Shown piece by piece: positions 14,124 to 28,600 of a stretch of DNA of 64,000 nt. The translations under genes and the position numbers were made by a program. Below the pieces are notes generated by a model. The model ran no database searches, was not told the DNA's origin, and saw only the letters and a program-made list of their open reading frames with translations. Each line of letters starts with the position of its first letter. Within the stretch, counting starts at the first letter, position 1. The stretch lies in NCBI RefSeq assembly GCF_009914755.1, contig NC_060940.1. One strand, 5' to 3'. The DNA comes from the human T2T-CHM13v2.0 reference genome, Homo sapiens.

Positions 14124-17100
14124 TCCATTCTTGTCCATTCGATGATTCCATTTGATTCCATATGATGATGATTCCATTCGATTCCATACCATGATGATTC
14201 CATTCGAGTCCATTCAATGGTGATTCCATTCAATTCCATTCGATGATTCCTTTTGATTCCATTCGATGATGATGGCATTCGATTCCTTTCAATCATTCCC
14301 TTTGATTCCATTCAAAGGTGATTTCATTCAAGTCCATTCGATAATTGCATTCGATTCCATTCTATGATGATTCCATTCGAGTCCATTTGATGATTCCATT
14401 CAATTCAAGTCAATGATGATTCCATTCGATTCCATTCGATGATTCCATTGGATTCCATTCGATGATGATTCCATTCAAATCCTTTCGATAATTCAATTCA
14501 AGTCCATTCGATGATGATTCCAATCGAATCCATTCAAAGATTCCATTCAGTTCCATTCGATGATTCCCTTAGATTCCATTCGATGATTCCACTTGATTGC
14601 ATTTACGATGATTCCATTCGATTCCATGTGATGATTCCATTCAATTCTATTCAATGATGTCTCCATTTGATTCCATTCGACCATGATTGCCTTTGATTCC
14701 ATTCAATGATTCCATTCGGTTCCGTTTGATGATGATTCCGTTCGATTCCATTTGATGATTCCATTTGATTCCATTGGATGGGTCCATTCGATTACATTCG
14801 ATGATTATTCCATTCGAGTGCATTAGATGATTCCATTCGAGTCCATTCGATGATTCCATTCGATTCCATTCGATGTTGATTCTGTTCAAATCCATTCGAT
14901 GATTCCACTCGATTCCATTCGTTGACTCCATTTGATCCCATTCGATGATTTCCTTTGATTCCCTTTGATGATCATTCCATTTGATTCAATTCGGTGATTT
15001 CATTTGATTCCATTCAGTGATGTTTCCATTCGACTCCATTCGATGATGATTCCATTCGACTCCATTCGATTATGATTTCATTCAATTCCATTCGATAATG
15101 ATTCCCTGCGAGTCTATTCGATGATTCCATTCGATTCCATTCAACGATGATTTGATTCGTGTCCATTCGATGATTCCATTTGATTCCACTTGATGATGAT
15201 TCCATTCGAGCCCATTTGATGATTCCATTCAATTCCATACTCCGATGATTTCTTTTGAGCCCACTCAATGCTTCCACTCGATTCCATATGATGATGACTC
15301 CATTCGATGAAATTCGATGATGATTCCATTCGCTTGCTTTCGATGATGATTCCACTTGAGTCCGTTAGAAGATTCTATTCAATTACATTCCATGACGATT
15401 CCGTTCGAGTCCATTTGATGATTCCATTAGACTCCATTCGACGATGATTCCATTCGATGTTATTCGATGATTCCATTCGATCTCATTCGATGATGATTCC
15501 ATTCAACTCCATTCGATGTTTCCATTCGAGTTCATTCTATTATTCCATTAGATTCCATTCGATGATGATTCCATTCGATTCCATTTGATGATTGCATTCT
15601 ATTTCATTTGATGATGATTCCATTCGAGTCCACTCGATGATTCCATTCGAGTCCATTTAATGAATCCATTGGTTTCAATTCTATGATGATTACATTGGAT
15701 TCCATTCGTTGATGATTTCATTCGGTTCCATTCAATGATGATTCCATTCAATTCCTTTCAATGTTTCCATTCAATTCCATACGATGATGATTCCATTTGA
15801 TTTGATTCGACAGTGAGCCATTCGATTCAATTCCATGATGATTCTATTTGATTCAATTGGTTGACATTTCCATTCGATTCCATTCGATGATGATTCCCTT
15901 TGATTCCGTTCAAAGATGATTCCATTCTAGCCCATTCAATCATTCCATTCGATTCTATTCAATGATGATTCCATTCATGTCGATTTGGTGATTCCATTTG
16001 ACTTCATTTGATGATGATTCCTTTCAAGTTCATTAGATGATTCCATTCGATTCCATTTGATGATGATCCCATTCGAGTCCATTCAGTGATTCCATTCATT
16101 TCCATTCCATGATGATTCCATTCCTTTCCATTCAATGATTCCATTCGATTCCGTTTGATGATGATTTCATTCGAGTCCATTTGATGATTCCATTTGATTC
16201 CATTCGATGATGATTCCATTCGAGTCCATTCGATGATTCTATTCGAATCCATTTGATGATTTCTTTTGATTATATTTGGTGATGATTCCATTGGAGTCCA
16301 TTCAATGATTCCATTCTATTCCAATCGATGATGATTCCATTAGAGTCCATTTAATGATTCCATTTGATTCCAGTCTCTGATGATTACATTCGAGTCCATA
16401 CGATGATTCCACTCAATTCCATATGATGATGATTCCATTTGATTCCATTCGGTGATTCCATTCTATTCTATTCAATGGTGATTCCATTCGAGTACATTAG
16501 ATGATTCCATTCGATTCCATTCAATGATGATTCTATTTGTGTCCCTTAGATGATTCCACATGATTCCATTAGATGATGATACTATTTGAGCCCATCCAAT
16601 GATTCCCTTCGATTCCATTCGATGAGGATTCCATTCGATTCAATTCATTGGTGATTCTATTCAATTCAATTCTTTGATTCCATTCCATTCCATTCGACAA
16701 TAATTCCATTCGATTTCTTTCGATGATTCCACTCGATTCCACTTGACATTGATTCCATTCGATTCCATTCAATGATTCCATTTGATTCCAGTGGATGATG
16801 ATTGCCATCGATTCCATTCGATCACTCCATTCTATTCCATTTGATGATGATTACATTCGATTCCATTTGATGATTCCATCTGATTCTATTCGAGGATTCC
16901 ATTTGATTCCATTCGATGATGATTCCATTCGAGTCCATTCGATGATTTCATTCGAGTACATCCAATGATTCCATTCGAGTCCATTAGATGATTCCATTTG
17001 ATTCCATTTGAAAATGATTCTACTAGAGTCCATTCAATGACTCCATTCGAGTCCATTCAACAATTCCATTCGACTCCATTCGATGATTCCATTCGATTCC

Positions 17101-18175
17101 ATTTGATGGTTCCATTCGAGTCCATTTAATCATTACAGTCGAGTCCATTTGGTGATTCCACTGGATTTCTTTTGATAATGATACCATTCAATTACATTTG
17201 ATGATGATCCCATTCAATTTCATTTGATGATGATTCCATTAGAGTCCATTCGATGATTTCATTCGAGTCCCTTCATTGATTCCATCCGATTTCATTGGAT
17301 GATGACTCCATTCGAGTCCATTCGATGATTCCACTCGATTCCATTAGATGACTCCATTGGAGCCCATTTGATTGTTCCATTCGATTCCATTCGATTCCTT
17401 TCGAAGATTATTCCTTTTGAGTCCATTCGATGATGATTCCATTCCATTCCATTTGATGATTCCGTTTGATTCCATTCGATGATTCCCTTCGATTCCTTTC
17501 TTTGATGATTCCATTCCATTCCATTCAATGATTCCATTCGAATCTATTCCATGATGATTCCTTTCGATTCCATTCGCTGATGTTTCCGTTCAATTCCATT
17601 CGATGATGATTCCATTCGATTCCATTCATTGAGGATTCCATTTGATTCCATTCAATGATGATTCCATTCTATTCCATTCAATGATTGCATTCAATTCCAT
17701 TCAATGATTATCCCCTTAGAGTAAACTCAACGATTCCATTCAATACCATTCGATGATGATTCCTTTTGAGTCCATTCAATGATTTCATTCAAGTCCATTT
17801 GATGATTCCTTTCAATTCCATTCTATGATGATTCCATTCGAGTCCATTCGATGATTCCATTCGATTGCATTCGATGATTCCATTATATTCCATTCAACGG
17901 TGATTCCATTCGAGTCCATTCCATGATTCCATTAGAGTACATTTAATGATTGCTTTGTTTTCAATTCGAAGATGATTACATTGGATTCCATTCTATGATA
18001 CCATTCGATTCCATTCAATGATGATTCCACTCAAATCCATTGGATGATTCCATTCGTGTCCATTCGGTGATTTCATTAGATTCCATTCGAGGATGATTCC
18101 ATTCGATTCCATTCGATGATTCCATTCAATTCCATTAGATGATGATTCCATTCCAGTCCATATGATCATTCCATT
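14124..18175 (+). repeat. Partial unit U4 (unit positions 1-4,052), truncated at junction 2
   Basis: Offset 14,123 (524->14,647; 2,728->16,851) holds up to ...CAGTCCATATGATCATTCCATT at 18,175. Confidence 0.92.
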
Positions 18176-21100
18176 CAATTCCATACGATGATGATTCCAT
18201 TTGATTTGATTCGACAGTGAGCCATTTGATTCAATTCCATGATGATTCTATTTGATTCAATTGGTTGACATTTCCATTCGATTCCATTCGATGATGATTC
18301 CCTTTGATTCCGTTCAAAGATGATTCCATTCTAGCCCATTCAATCATTCCATTCGATTCTATTCAATGATGATTCCATTCATGTCGATTTGGTGATTCCA
18401 TTTGACTTCATTTGATGATGATTCCTTTCAAGTTCATTAGATGATTCCATTCGATTCCATTTGATGATGATCCCATTCGAGTCCATTCAGTGATTCCATT
18501 CATTTCCATTCCATGATGATTCCATTCCTTTCCATTCAATGATTCCATTCGATTCCGTTTGATGATGATTTCATTCGAGTCCATTTGATGATTCCATTTG
18601 ATTCCATTCGATGATGATTCCATTCGAGTCCATTCGATGATTCTATTCGAATCCATTTGATGATTTCTTTTGATTATATTTGGTGATGATTCCATTGGAG
18701 TCCATTCAATGATTCCATTCTATTCCAATCGATGATGATTCCATTAGAGTCCATTTAATGATTCCATTTGATTCCAGTCTCTGATGATTACATTCGAGTC
18801 CATACGATGATTCCACTCAATTCCATATGATGATGATTCCATTTGATTCCATTCGGTGATTCCATTCTATTCTATTCAATGGTGATTCCATTCGAGTACA
18901 TTAGATGATTCCATTCGATTCCATTCAATGATGATTCTATTTGTGTCCCTTAGATGATTCCACATGATTCCATTACATGATGATACTATTTGAGCCCATC
19001 CAATGATTCCCTTCGATTCCATTCGATGAGGATTCCATTCGATTCAATTCATTGGTGATTCTATTCAATTCAATTCTTTGATTCCATTCCATTCCATTCG
19101 ACAATGATTCCATTCGATTTCTTTCGATGATTCCACTCGATTCCACTTGACATTGATTCCATTCGATTCCATTCAATGATTCCATTTGATTCCAGTGGAT
19201 GATGATTGCCATCGATTCCATTCGATCACTCCATTCTATTCCATTTGATGATGATTACATTCGATTCCATTTGATGATTCCATCTGATTCTATTCGAGGA
19301 TTCCATTTGATTCCATTCGATGATGATTCCATTCGAGTCCATTCGATGATTTCATTCGAGTACATCCAATGATTCCATTCGAGTCCATTAGATGATTCCG
19401 TTTGATTCCATTTGAAAATGATTCTACTAGAGTCCATTCAATGACTCCATTCGAGTCCATTCAACAATTCCATTCGACTCCATTCGATGATTCCATTCGA
19501 TTCCATTTGATGGTTCCATTCGAGTCCATTTAATCATTACAGTCGAGTCCGTTTGGTGATTCCACTGGATTTCTTTTGATAATGATACCATTCAATTACA
19601 TTTGATGATGATCCCATTCAATTTCATTTGATGATGATTCCATTAGAGTCCATTCGATGATTTCATTCGAGTCCCTTCATTGATTCCATCCGATTTCATT
19701 GGATGATGACTCCATTCGAGTCCATTCGATGATTCCACTCGATTCCATTAGATGACTCCATTGGAGTCCATTTGATTGTTCCATTCGATTCCATTCGATT
19801 CCTTTCGAAGATTATTCCATTTGAGTCCATTCGATGATGATTCCATTCCATTCCATTCGATGATTCCGTTTGATTCCATTCGATGATTCCCTTCGATTCC
19901 TTTCTTTGATGATTCCATTCCATTCCATTCAATGATTCCATTCGAATCTATTCCATGATGATTCCTTTCGATTCCATTCGCTGATGTTTCCGTTCAATTC
20001 CATTCGATGATGATTCCATTCGATTCCATTCATTGAGGATTCCATTTGATTCCATTCAATGATGATTCCATTCTATTCCATTCAATGATTTCATTCAATT
20101 CCATTCAATGATTATCCCCTTAGAGTAAACTCAACGATTCCATTCAATACCATTCGATGATGATTCCTTTTGAGTCCATTCAATGATTTCATTCAAGTCC
20201 ATTTGATGATTCCTTTCAATTCCATTCGATGATGATTCCATTCGAGTCCATTCGATGATTCCATTCGATTGCATTCGATGATTCCATTATATTCCATTCA
20301 ACGGTGATTCCATTCGAGTCCATTCCATGATTCCATTAGAGTACATTTAATGATTGCTTTGTTTTCAATTCGAAGATGATTGCATTGGATTCCATTCTAT
20401 GATACCATTCGATTCCATTCAATGATGATTCCACTCAAATCCATTGGATGATTCCATTCGTGTCCATTCGGTGATTTCATTAGATTCCATTCGAGGATGA
20501 TTCCATTCGATTCCATTCGATGATTCCATTCAATTCCATTCGATGATGATTCCATTCCAGTCCATATGATCATTCCATTTGATTTCATTCGATGATGATT
20601 CCATTCGATTCCATTCGACGATTCCATTCTATTCCATTCGATGATGATTCCATTCGAGTCCATTCGATCAATCCATTCGAGTCCATTTAATGATTCCATT
20701 GGGTTCAATTCAATGATGATTACATTGGATTCCGTTCTATGATTCCATTCAATTCCGTTCATTGACAATTTGATTCCATTCGATGATGATTCCATTTGAG
20801 TTCATTCGATGATTCTATTCGATTCTCTTCGATGGTGATTCAATTTTATTATATTGGATAATTCCATTCGATTCCATTTGATGTTGATTCAATTCGATTC
20901 TATTCGATGATGATTCCATTGGATTTCACTTGATGATTCTATTCGATTCCATTCAATGATGATTCACTTCTCGTCCATTGGATGATTCCATTTCATTCCA
21001 TTCGATGATGATTCCATTTGATTCCATTCGTTGATTCCATTTGATTCCATGCGACGGTGAGCAATTCGATTCAATTCCATGATGATTCTATTTGATTCAA

Positions 21101-22639
21101 TTAGATGATGTTTCCATTCGAATCCATTCCATGATTATTCCATTGGAATCCATTCGGCGATGATTCCATATGAGTCAATTCAATGATGATTCCATATGGG
21201 TCCGTTCGATGATAATTCCATTTGATTTCATTCGATGCTTCTATTCTATTCCAGTCGATGATGATTCCGTTGGAGTCCATACGATGATTCCATTTGATTT
21301 CATTTGATGATGATTCCATTCGATGATGATTACATTGGATTCCATTCTATGATTCCATTCAATTCCATTCGTTGATGATTCGATTCCATTCAATGATGAT
21401 TCCATTTGAGTTCATTCGATGATTCTATTCGATTCCGTTCGATGGTGATTCAATTCTATTATATTGGATGATTCCACTCGATTCCATTTGATGATTATTC
21501 CATTGGAGTCCACTTAGTGAATCCTTTAGATTCTACTCGACGATGATTCCATTCGAGTCCATTCGATGATACCATTCAATTCCATTCGTTGATGCTTCCA
21601 TTCAAGTGCATTCGATGATATCATTCGATTCCATTTGATGATAATTCCATTTGATTCCATGCGATGATTCTATTCGATTCCATTCAATGATAATTCCATT
21701 CAATTCAGTGATTCCTCTGGACTCCATTTGATGATGATTCCATTCAATGATTCCATTCGATTCTATTCGAAAATGATTCCATTTGAATCCATTTGATGAT
21801 GATTCCATTAGATTCCATTTGATGATTCCATTCGATTCCATTCGACGATGATTCCATTCGATTCCGTTTGATGATTCCATTCTATTCTATTCGATGATGA
21901 TTCCATTCGATTCCATTCGATGATGATTGGATTCGATTCCATTGGATGATTTCATTTGATTCCATTCGTTAATGATTTCGATCAATTCCATTCGATGATT
22001 CCATTCGATTCCATTCGATAATGATTACATCCGAGTCCATTCGATGATTCCCTTTGAGCCTGTTCGATAATTCCATTTGAGTCCAACCAATGATTCCATT
22101 CATTTCCATTCAATGATTCCATTCGAGTCCATTTGATCATTCCGGTAGGGTCCATTCGATGTTGATTCCATTGGAGTGCATTCGATGATTCCATTCGAGT
22201 CCATTTTAGGATTTGATTCGAGTCCTTTCGATGATTCCATTCGATTCCACTCGATGATGATTTCATTCGAGTCCATTCGACACTTCCAATCGATTCCATT
22301 TGATGATTCCATTCGAGTCCAATTGATGATTCCATTCAATTCCATTCGATGATGATTCCGTACGATTCCATTCTGTGATGATTCCATGTGATTGCATTCA
22401 ATGATGATTCCTTTCGATTGCATTCGATTATGATTCATTTCGTGTTCATTCTATGGTTCCACAGGTTTCCATTCGTGTCCATTCCATTATTCCATTCTAT
22501 TCCATTTGATGATGATTCCGTTCGATTCCATTCATTGGTGATTCCACTCAATTCCATTCAATGATTCCATTCCATTTCTTTCAACAATGATTCCATTAGT
22601 TTCTAATCGATGATCCACTTGATTCCATTTGACGACGAT
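18176..22639 (+). repeat. Partial unit U5 (unit positions 1,649-6,112)
   Basis: Offset 16,527 (1,881->18,408; 3,870->20,397; 6,005->22,532). Confidence 0.92.
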
Positions 22640-25600
22640 TCCATTCTTGTCCATTCGATGATTCCATTTGATTCCATATGATGATGATTCCATTCGATTC
22701 CATACCATGATGATTCCATTCGAGTCCATTCAATGGTGATTCCATTCAATTCCATTCGATGATTCCTTTTGATTCCATTCGATGATGATGGCATTCGATT
22801 CCTTTCAATCATTCCCTTTGATTCCATTCAAAGGTGATTTCATTCAAGTCCATTCGATAATTGCATTCGATTCCATTCTATGATGATTCCATTCGAGTCC
22901 ATTTGATGATTCCATTCAATTCAAGTCAATGATGATTCCATTCGATTCCGTTCGATGATTCCATTGGATTCCATTCGATGATGATTCCATTCAAATCCAT
23001 TCGATAATTCAATTCAAGTCCATTCGATGATGATTCCAATCGAATCCATTCAAAGATTCCATTCAGTTCCATTTGATGATTCCCTTAGATTCCATTCGAT
23101 GATTCCACTTGATTGCATTTACGATGATTCCATTCGATTCCATGTGATGATTCCATTCAATTCTATTCAATGATGTCTCCATTTGATTCCATTCGACCAT
23201 GATTGCCTTTGATTCCATTCAATGATTCCATTCGGTTCCGTTTGATGATGATTCCGTTCGATTCCATTTGATGATTCCATTTGATTCCATTGGATGAGTC
23301 CATTCGATTACATTCGATGATTATTCCATTCGAGTGCATTAGATGATTCCATTCGAGTCCATTCGATGATTCCATTCGATTCCATTCGATGTTGATTCTG
23401 TTCAAATCCATTCGATGATTCCACTCGATTCCATTCGTTGACTCCATTTGATCCCATTCGATGATTTCCTTTGATTCCCTTTGATGATCATTCCATTTGA
23501 TTCAATTCGGTGATTTCATTTGATTCCATTCAGTGATGTTTCCATTCGACTCCATTCGATGATGATTCCATTCGACTCCATTCGATTATGATTTCATTCA
23601 ATTCCATTCGATAATGATTCCCTTCGAGTCCATTCGATGATTCCATTCGATTCCATTCAACAATGATTTGATTCGTGTCCATTCGATGATTCCATTTGAT
23701 TCCACATGATGATGATTCCATTCGAGTCCATTTGATGATTCCATTCAATTCCATACTCCGATGATTTCTTTTGAGCCCACTCAATGCTTCCACTCGATTC
23801 CATATGATGATGACTCCATTCGATGAAATTCGATGATGATTCCATTCGCTTGCTTTCGATGATGATTCCACTTGAGTCCGTTAGAAGATTCTATTCAATT
23901 ACATTCCATGACGATTCCGTTCGAGTCCATTTGATGATTCCATTAGACTCCATTCGACGATGATTCCATTCGATGTTATTCCATGATTCCATTCGATCTC
24001 ATTCGATGATGATTCCATTCAACTCCATTCGATGTTTCCATTCGAGTTCATTCTATTATTCCATTAGATTCCATTCGATGATGATTCCATTCGATTCCAT
24101 TTGATGATTGCATTCTATTTCATTTGATGATGATTCCATTCGAGTCCACTCGATGATTCCATTCGAGTCCATTTAATGAATCCATTGGTTTCAATTCTAT
24201 GATGATTACATTGGATTCCATTCGTTGATGATTTCATTCGGTTCCATTCAATGATGATTCCATTCAATTCCTTTCAATGTTTCCATTCAATTCCATACGA
24301 TGATGATTCCATTTGATTTGATTCGACAGTGAGCCATTCGATTCAATTCCATGATGATTCTATTTGATTCCATTGGTTGACATTTCCATTCGATTCCATT
24401 CGATGATGATTCCCTTTGATTCCGTTCAAAGATGATTCCATTCTAGCCCATTCAATCATTCCATTCGATTCTATTCAATGATGATTCCATTCATGTCGAT
24501 TTGGTGATTCCATTTGACTTCATTTGATGATGATTCCTTTCAAGTTCATTAGATGATTCCATTCGATTCCATTTGATGATGATCCCATTCGAGTCCATTC
24601 AGTGATTCCATTCGTTTCCATTCCATGATGATTCCATTCCTTTCCATTCAATGATTCCATTCGATTCCGTTTGATGATGATTTCATTCGAGTCCATTTGA
24701 TGATTCCATTTGATTCCATTCGATGATGATTCCATTCGAGTCCATTCGATGATTCTATTCGAATCCATTTGATGATTTCTTTTGATTATATTTGGTGATG
24801 ATTCCATTGGAGTCCGTTCAATGATTCCATTCGATTCCAATCGATGATGATTCCATTAGAGTCCATTTAATGATTCCACTTGATTCCAGTCTCTGATGAT
24901 TACATTCGAGTCCATACGATGATTCCACTCAATTCCATATGATGATGATTCCATTTGATTCCATTCGGTGATTCCATTCTATTCTATTCAATGGTGATTC
25001 CATTCGAGTACATTAGATGATTCCATTCGATTCCATTCAATGATGATTCTATTTGTGTCCCTTAGATGATTCCACATGATTCCATTACATGATGATACTA
25101 TTTGAGCCCATCCAATGATTCCCTTCGATTCCATTCGATGAGGATTCCATTCGATTCAGTTCATTGGTGATTCTATTCAATTCAATTCTTTGATTCCATT
25201 CCATTCCATTCGACAATGATTCCATTCGATTTCTTTCGATGATTCCACTCGATTCCACTTGACATTGATTCCCTTCGATTCCATTCAATGATTCCATTTG
25301 ATTCCAGTGGATGATGATTGCCATCGATTCCATTCGATCACTCCATTCTATTCCATTTGATGATGATTACATTCGATTCCATTTGACGATTCCATCTGAT
25401 TCTATTCGAGGATTCCATTTGATTCCATTCGATGATGATTCCATTCGAGTCCATTCGATGATTTCATTCGAGTACATCCAATGATTCCATTCGAGTCCAT
25501 TAGATGATTCCATTTGATTCCATTTGAAAATGATTCTACTAGAGTCCATTCAATGACTCCATTCGAGTCCATTCAACAATTCCATTCGACTCCATTCGAT

Positions 25601-28600
25601 GATTCCATTCGATTCCATTTGATGGTTCCATTCGAGTCCATTTAATCATTACAGTCGAGTCCATTTGGTGATTCCACTGGATTTCTTTTGATAATGATAC
25701 CATTCAATTACATTTGATGATGATCCCATTCAATTTCATTTGATGATGATTCCATTAGAGTCCATTCGATGATTTCATTCGAGTCCCTTCATTGATTCCA
25801 TCCGATTTCATTGGATGATGACTCCATTCGAGTCCATTCGATGATTCCACTCGATTCCATTAGATGACTCCATTGGAGTCCATTTGATTGTTCCATTCGA
25901 TTCCATTCGATTCCTTTCGAAGATTATTCCATTTGAGTCCATTCGATGATGATTCCATTCCATTCCATTCGATGATTCCGTTTGATTCTATTCGATGATT
26001 CCCTTCGATTCCTTTCTTTGATGATTCCATTCCATTCCATTCAATGATTCCATTCGAATCTATTCCATGATGATTCCTTTCGATTCCATTCGCTGATGTT
26101 TCCGTTCAATTCCATTCGATGATGATTCCATTCGATTCCATTCATTGAGGATTCCATTTGATTCCATTCAATGATGATTCCATTCTATTCCATTCAATGA
26201 TTGCATTCAATTCCATTCAATGATTATCCCATTAGAGTAAACTCAACGATTCCATTCAATACCATTCGATGATGATTCCTTTTGAGTCCATTCAATGATT
26301 TCATTCAAGTCCATTTGATGATTCCTTTCAATTCCATTCTATGATGATTCCATTCGAGTCCATTCGATGATTCCATTCGATTGCATTCGATGATTCCATT
26401 ATATTCCATTCAACGGTGATTCCATTCGAGTCCATTCCATGATTCCATTAGAGTACATTTAATGATTGCTTTGTTTTCAATTCGAAGATGATTACATTGG
26501 ATTCCATTCTATGATACCATTCGATTCCATTCAATGATGATTCCACTCAAATCCATTGGATGATTCCATTCGTGTCCATTCGGTGATTTCATTAGATTCC
26601 ATTCGAGGATGATTCCATTCGATTCCATTCGATGATTCCATTCAATTCCATTCGATGATGATTCCATTCCAGTCCATATGATCATTCCATTTGATTTCAT
26701 TCGATGATGATTCCATTCGATTCCTTTCGACGATTCCATTCTATTCCATTCGATGATGATTCCATTCGAGTCCATTCGATGATTCCATTCGAGTCCATTT
26801 AATGATTCCATTGGGTTCAATTCAATGATGATTACATTGGATTCCGTTCTCTGATTCCATTCAATTACGTTCAATGACAATTTGATTCCATTCGATGATG
26901 ATTCCATTTGAGTTCATTCGATGATTCTATTCGATTCTCTTCGATGGTGATTCAATTTTATTATATTGGATAATTCCATTCGATTCCATTTGATGTTGAT
27001 TCAATTCGATTCTATTCGATGATGATTCCATTGGATTTCACTTGATGATTCTATTCGATTCCATTCAATGATGATTCACTTCTCGTCCATTGGATGATTC
27101 CATTTCATTCCATTCGATGATGATTCCATTCGATTCCATTCGTTGATTCCATTTGATTCCATGCGACGGTGAGCAATTCGATTCAATTCCATGATGATTC
27201 TATTTGATTCAATTAGATGATGTTTCCATTCGAATCCATTCCATGATTATTCCATTGGAATCCATTCGGCGATGATTCCATATGAGTCAATTCAATGATG
27301 ATTCCATATGGGTCCGTTCGATGATAATTCCATTTGATTTCATTCGATGCTTCTATTCTATTCCAGTCGATGATGATTCCGTTGGAGTCCATACGATGAT
27401 TCCATTTGATTTCATTTGATGATGATTCCATTCGATGATGATTACATTGGATTCCATTCTATGATTCCATTCAATTCCATTCGTTGATGATTCGATTCCA
27501 TTCAATGATGATTCCATTTGAGTTCATTCGATGATTCTATTCGATTCCGTTCGATGGTGATTCAATTCTATTATATTGGATGATTCCACTCGATTCCATT
27601 TGATGATTATTCCATTGGAGTCCACTTAGTGAATCCTTTAGATTCTACTCGACGATGATTCCATTCGAGTCCATTCGATGATACCATTCAATTCCATTCG
27701 TTGATGCTTCCATTCAAGTGCATTCGATGATATCATTCGATTCCATTTGATGATAATTCCATTTGATTCCATGCGATGATTCTATTCGATTCCATTCAAT
27801 GATAATTCCATTCAATTCAGTGATTCCTCTGGACTCCATTTGATGATGATTCCATTCAATGATTCCATTCGATTCTATTCGAAAATGATTCCATTTGAAT
27901 CCATTTGATGATGATTCCATTAGATTCCATTTGATGATTCCATTCGATTCCATTCGACGATGATTCCATTCGATTCCGTTTGATGATTCCATTCTATTCT
28001 ATTCGATGATGATTCCATTCGATTCCATTCGATGATGATTGGATTCAATTCCATTGGATGATTTCATTTGATTCCATTCGTTAATGATTTCGATCAATTC
28101 CATTCGATGATTCCATTCGATTCCATTCGATAATGATTACATCCGAGTCCATTCGATGATTCCCTTTGAGCCTGTTCGATAATTCCATTTGAGTCCAACC
28201 AATGATTCCATTCATTTCCATTCAATGATTCCATTCGAGTCCATTTGATCATTCCGGTAGGGTCCATTCGATGTTGATTCCATTGGAGTGCATTCGATGA
28301 TTCCATTCGAGTCCATTTTAGGATTTGATTCGAGTCCTTTCGATGATTCCATTCGATTCCACTCGATGATGATTTCATTCGAGTCCATTCGACACTTCCA
28401 ATCGATTCCATTTGATGATTCCATTCGAGTCCAATTGATGATTCCATTCAATTCCATTCGATGATGATTCCGTACGATTCCATTCTGTGATGATTCCATG
28501 TGATTGCATTCAATGATGATTCCTTTCGATTGCATTCGATTATGATTCATTTCGTGTTCATTCTATGGTTCCACAGGTTTCCATTCGTGTCCATTCCATT

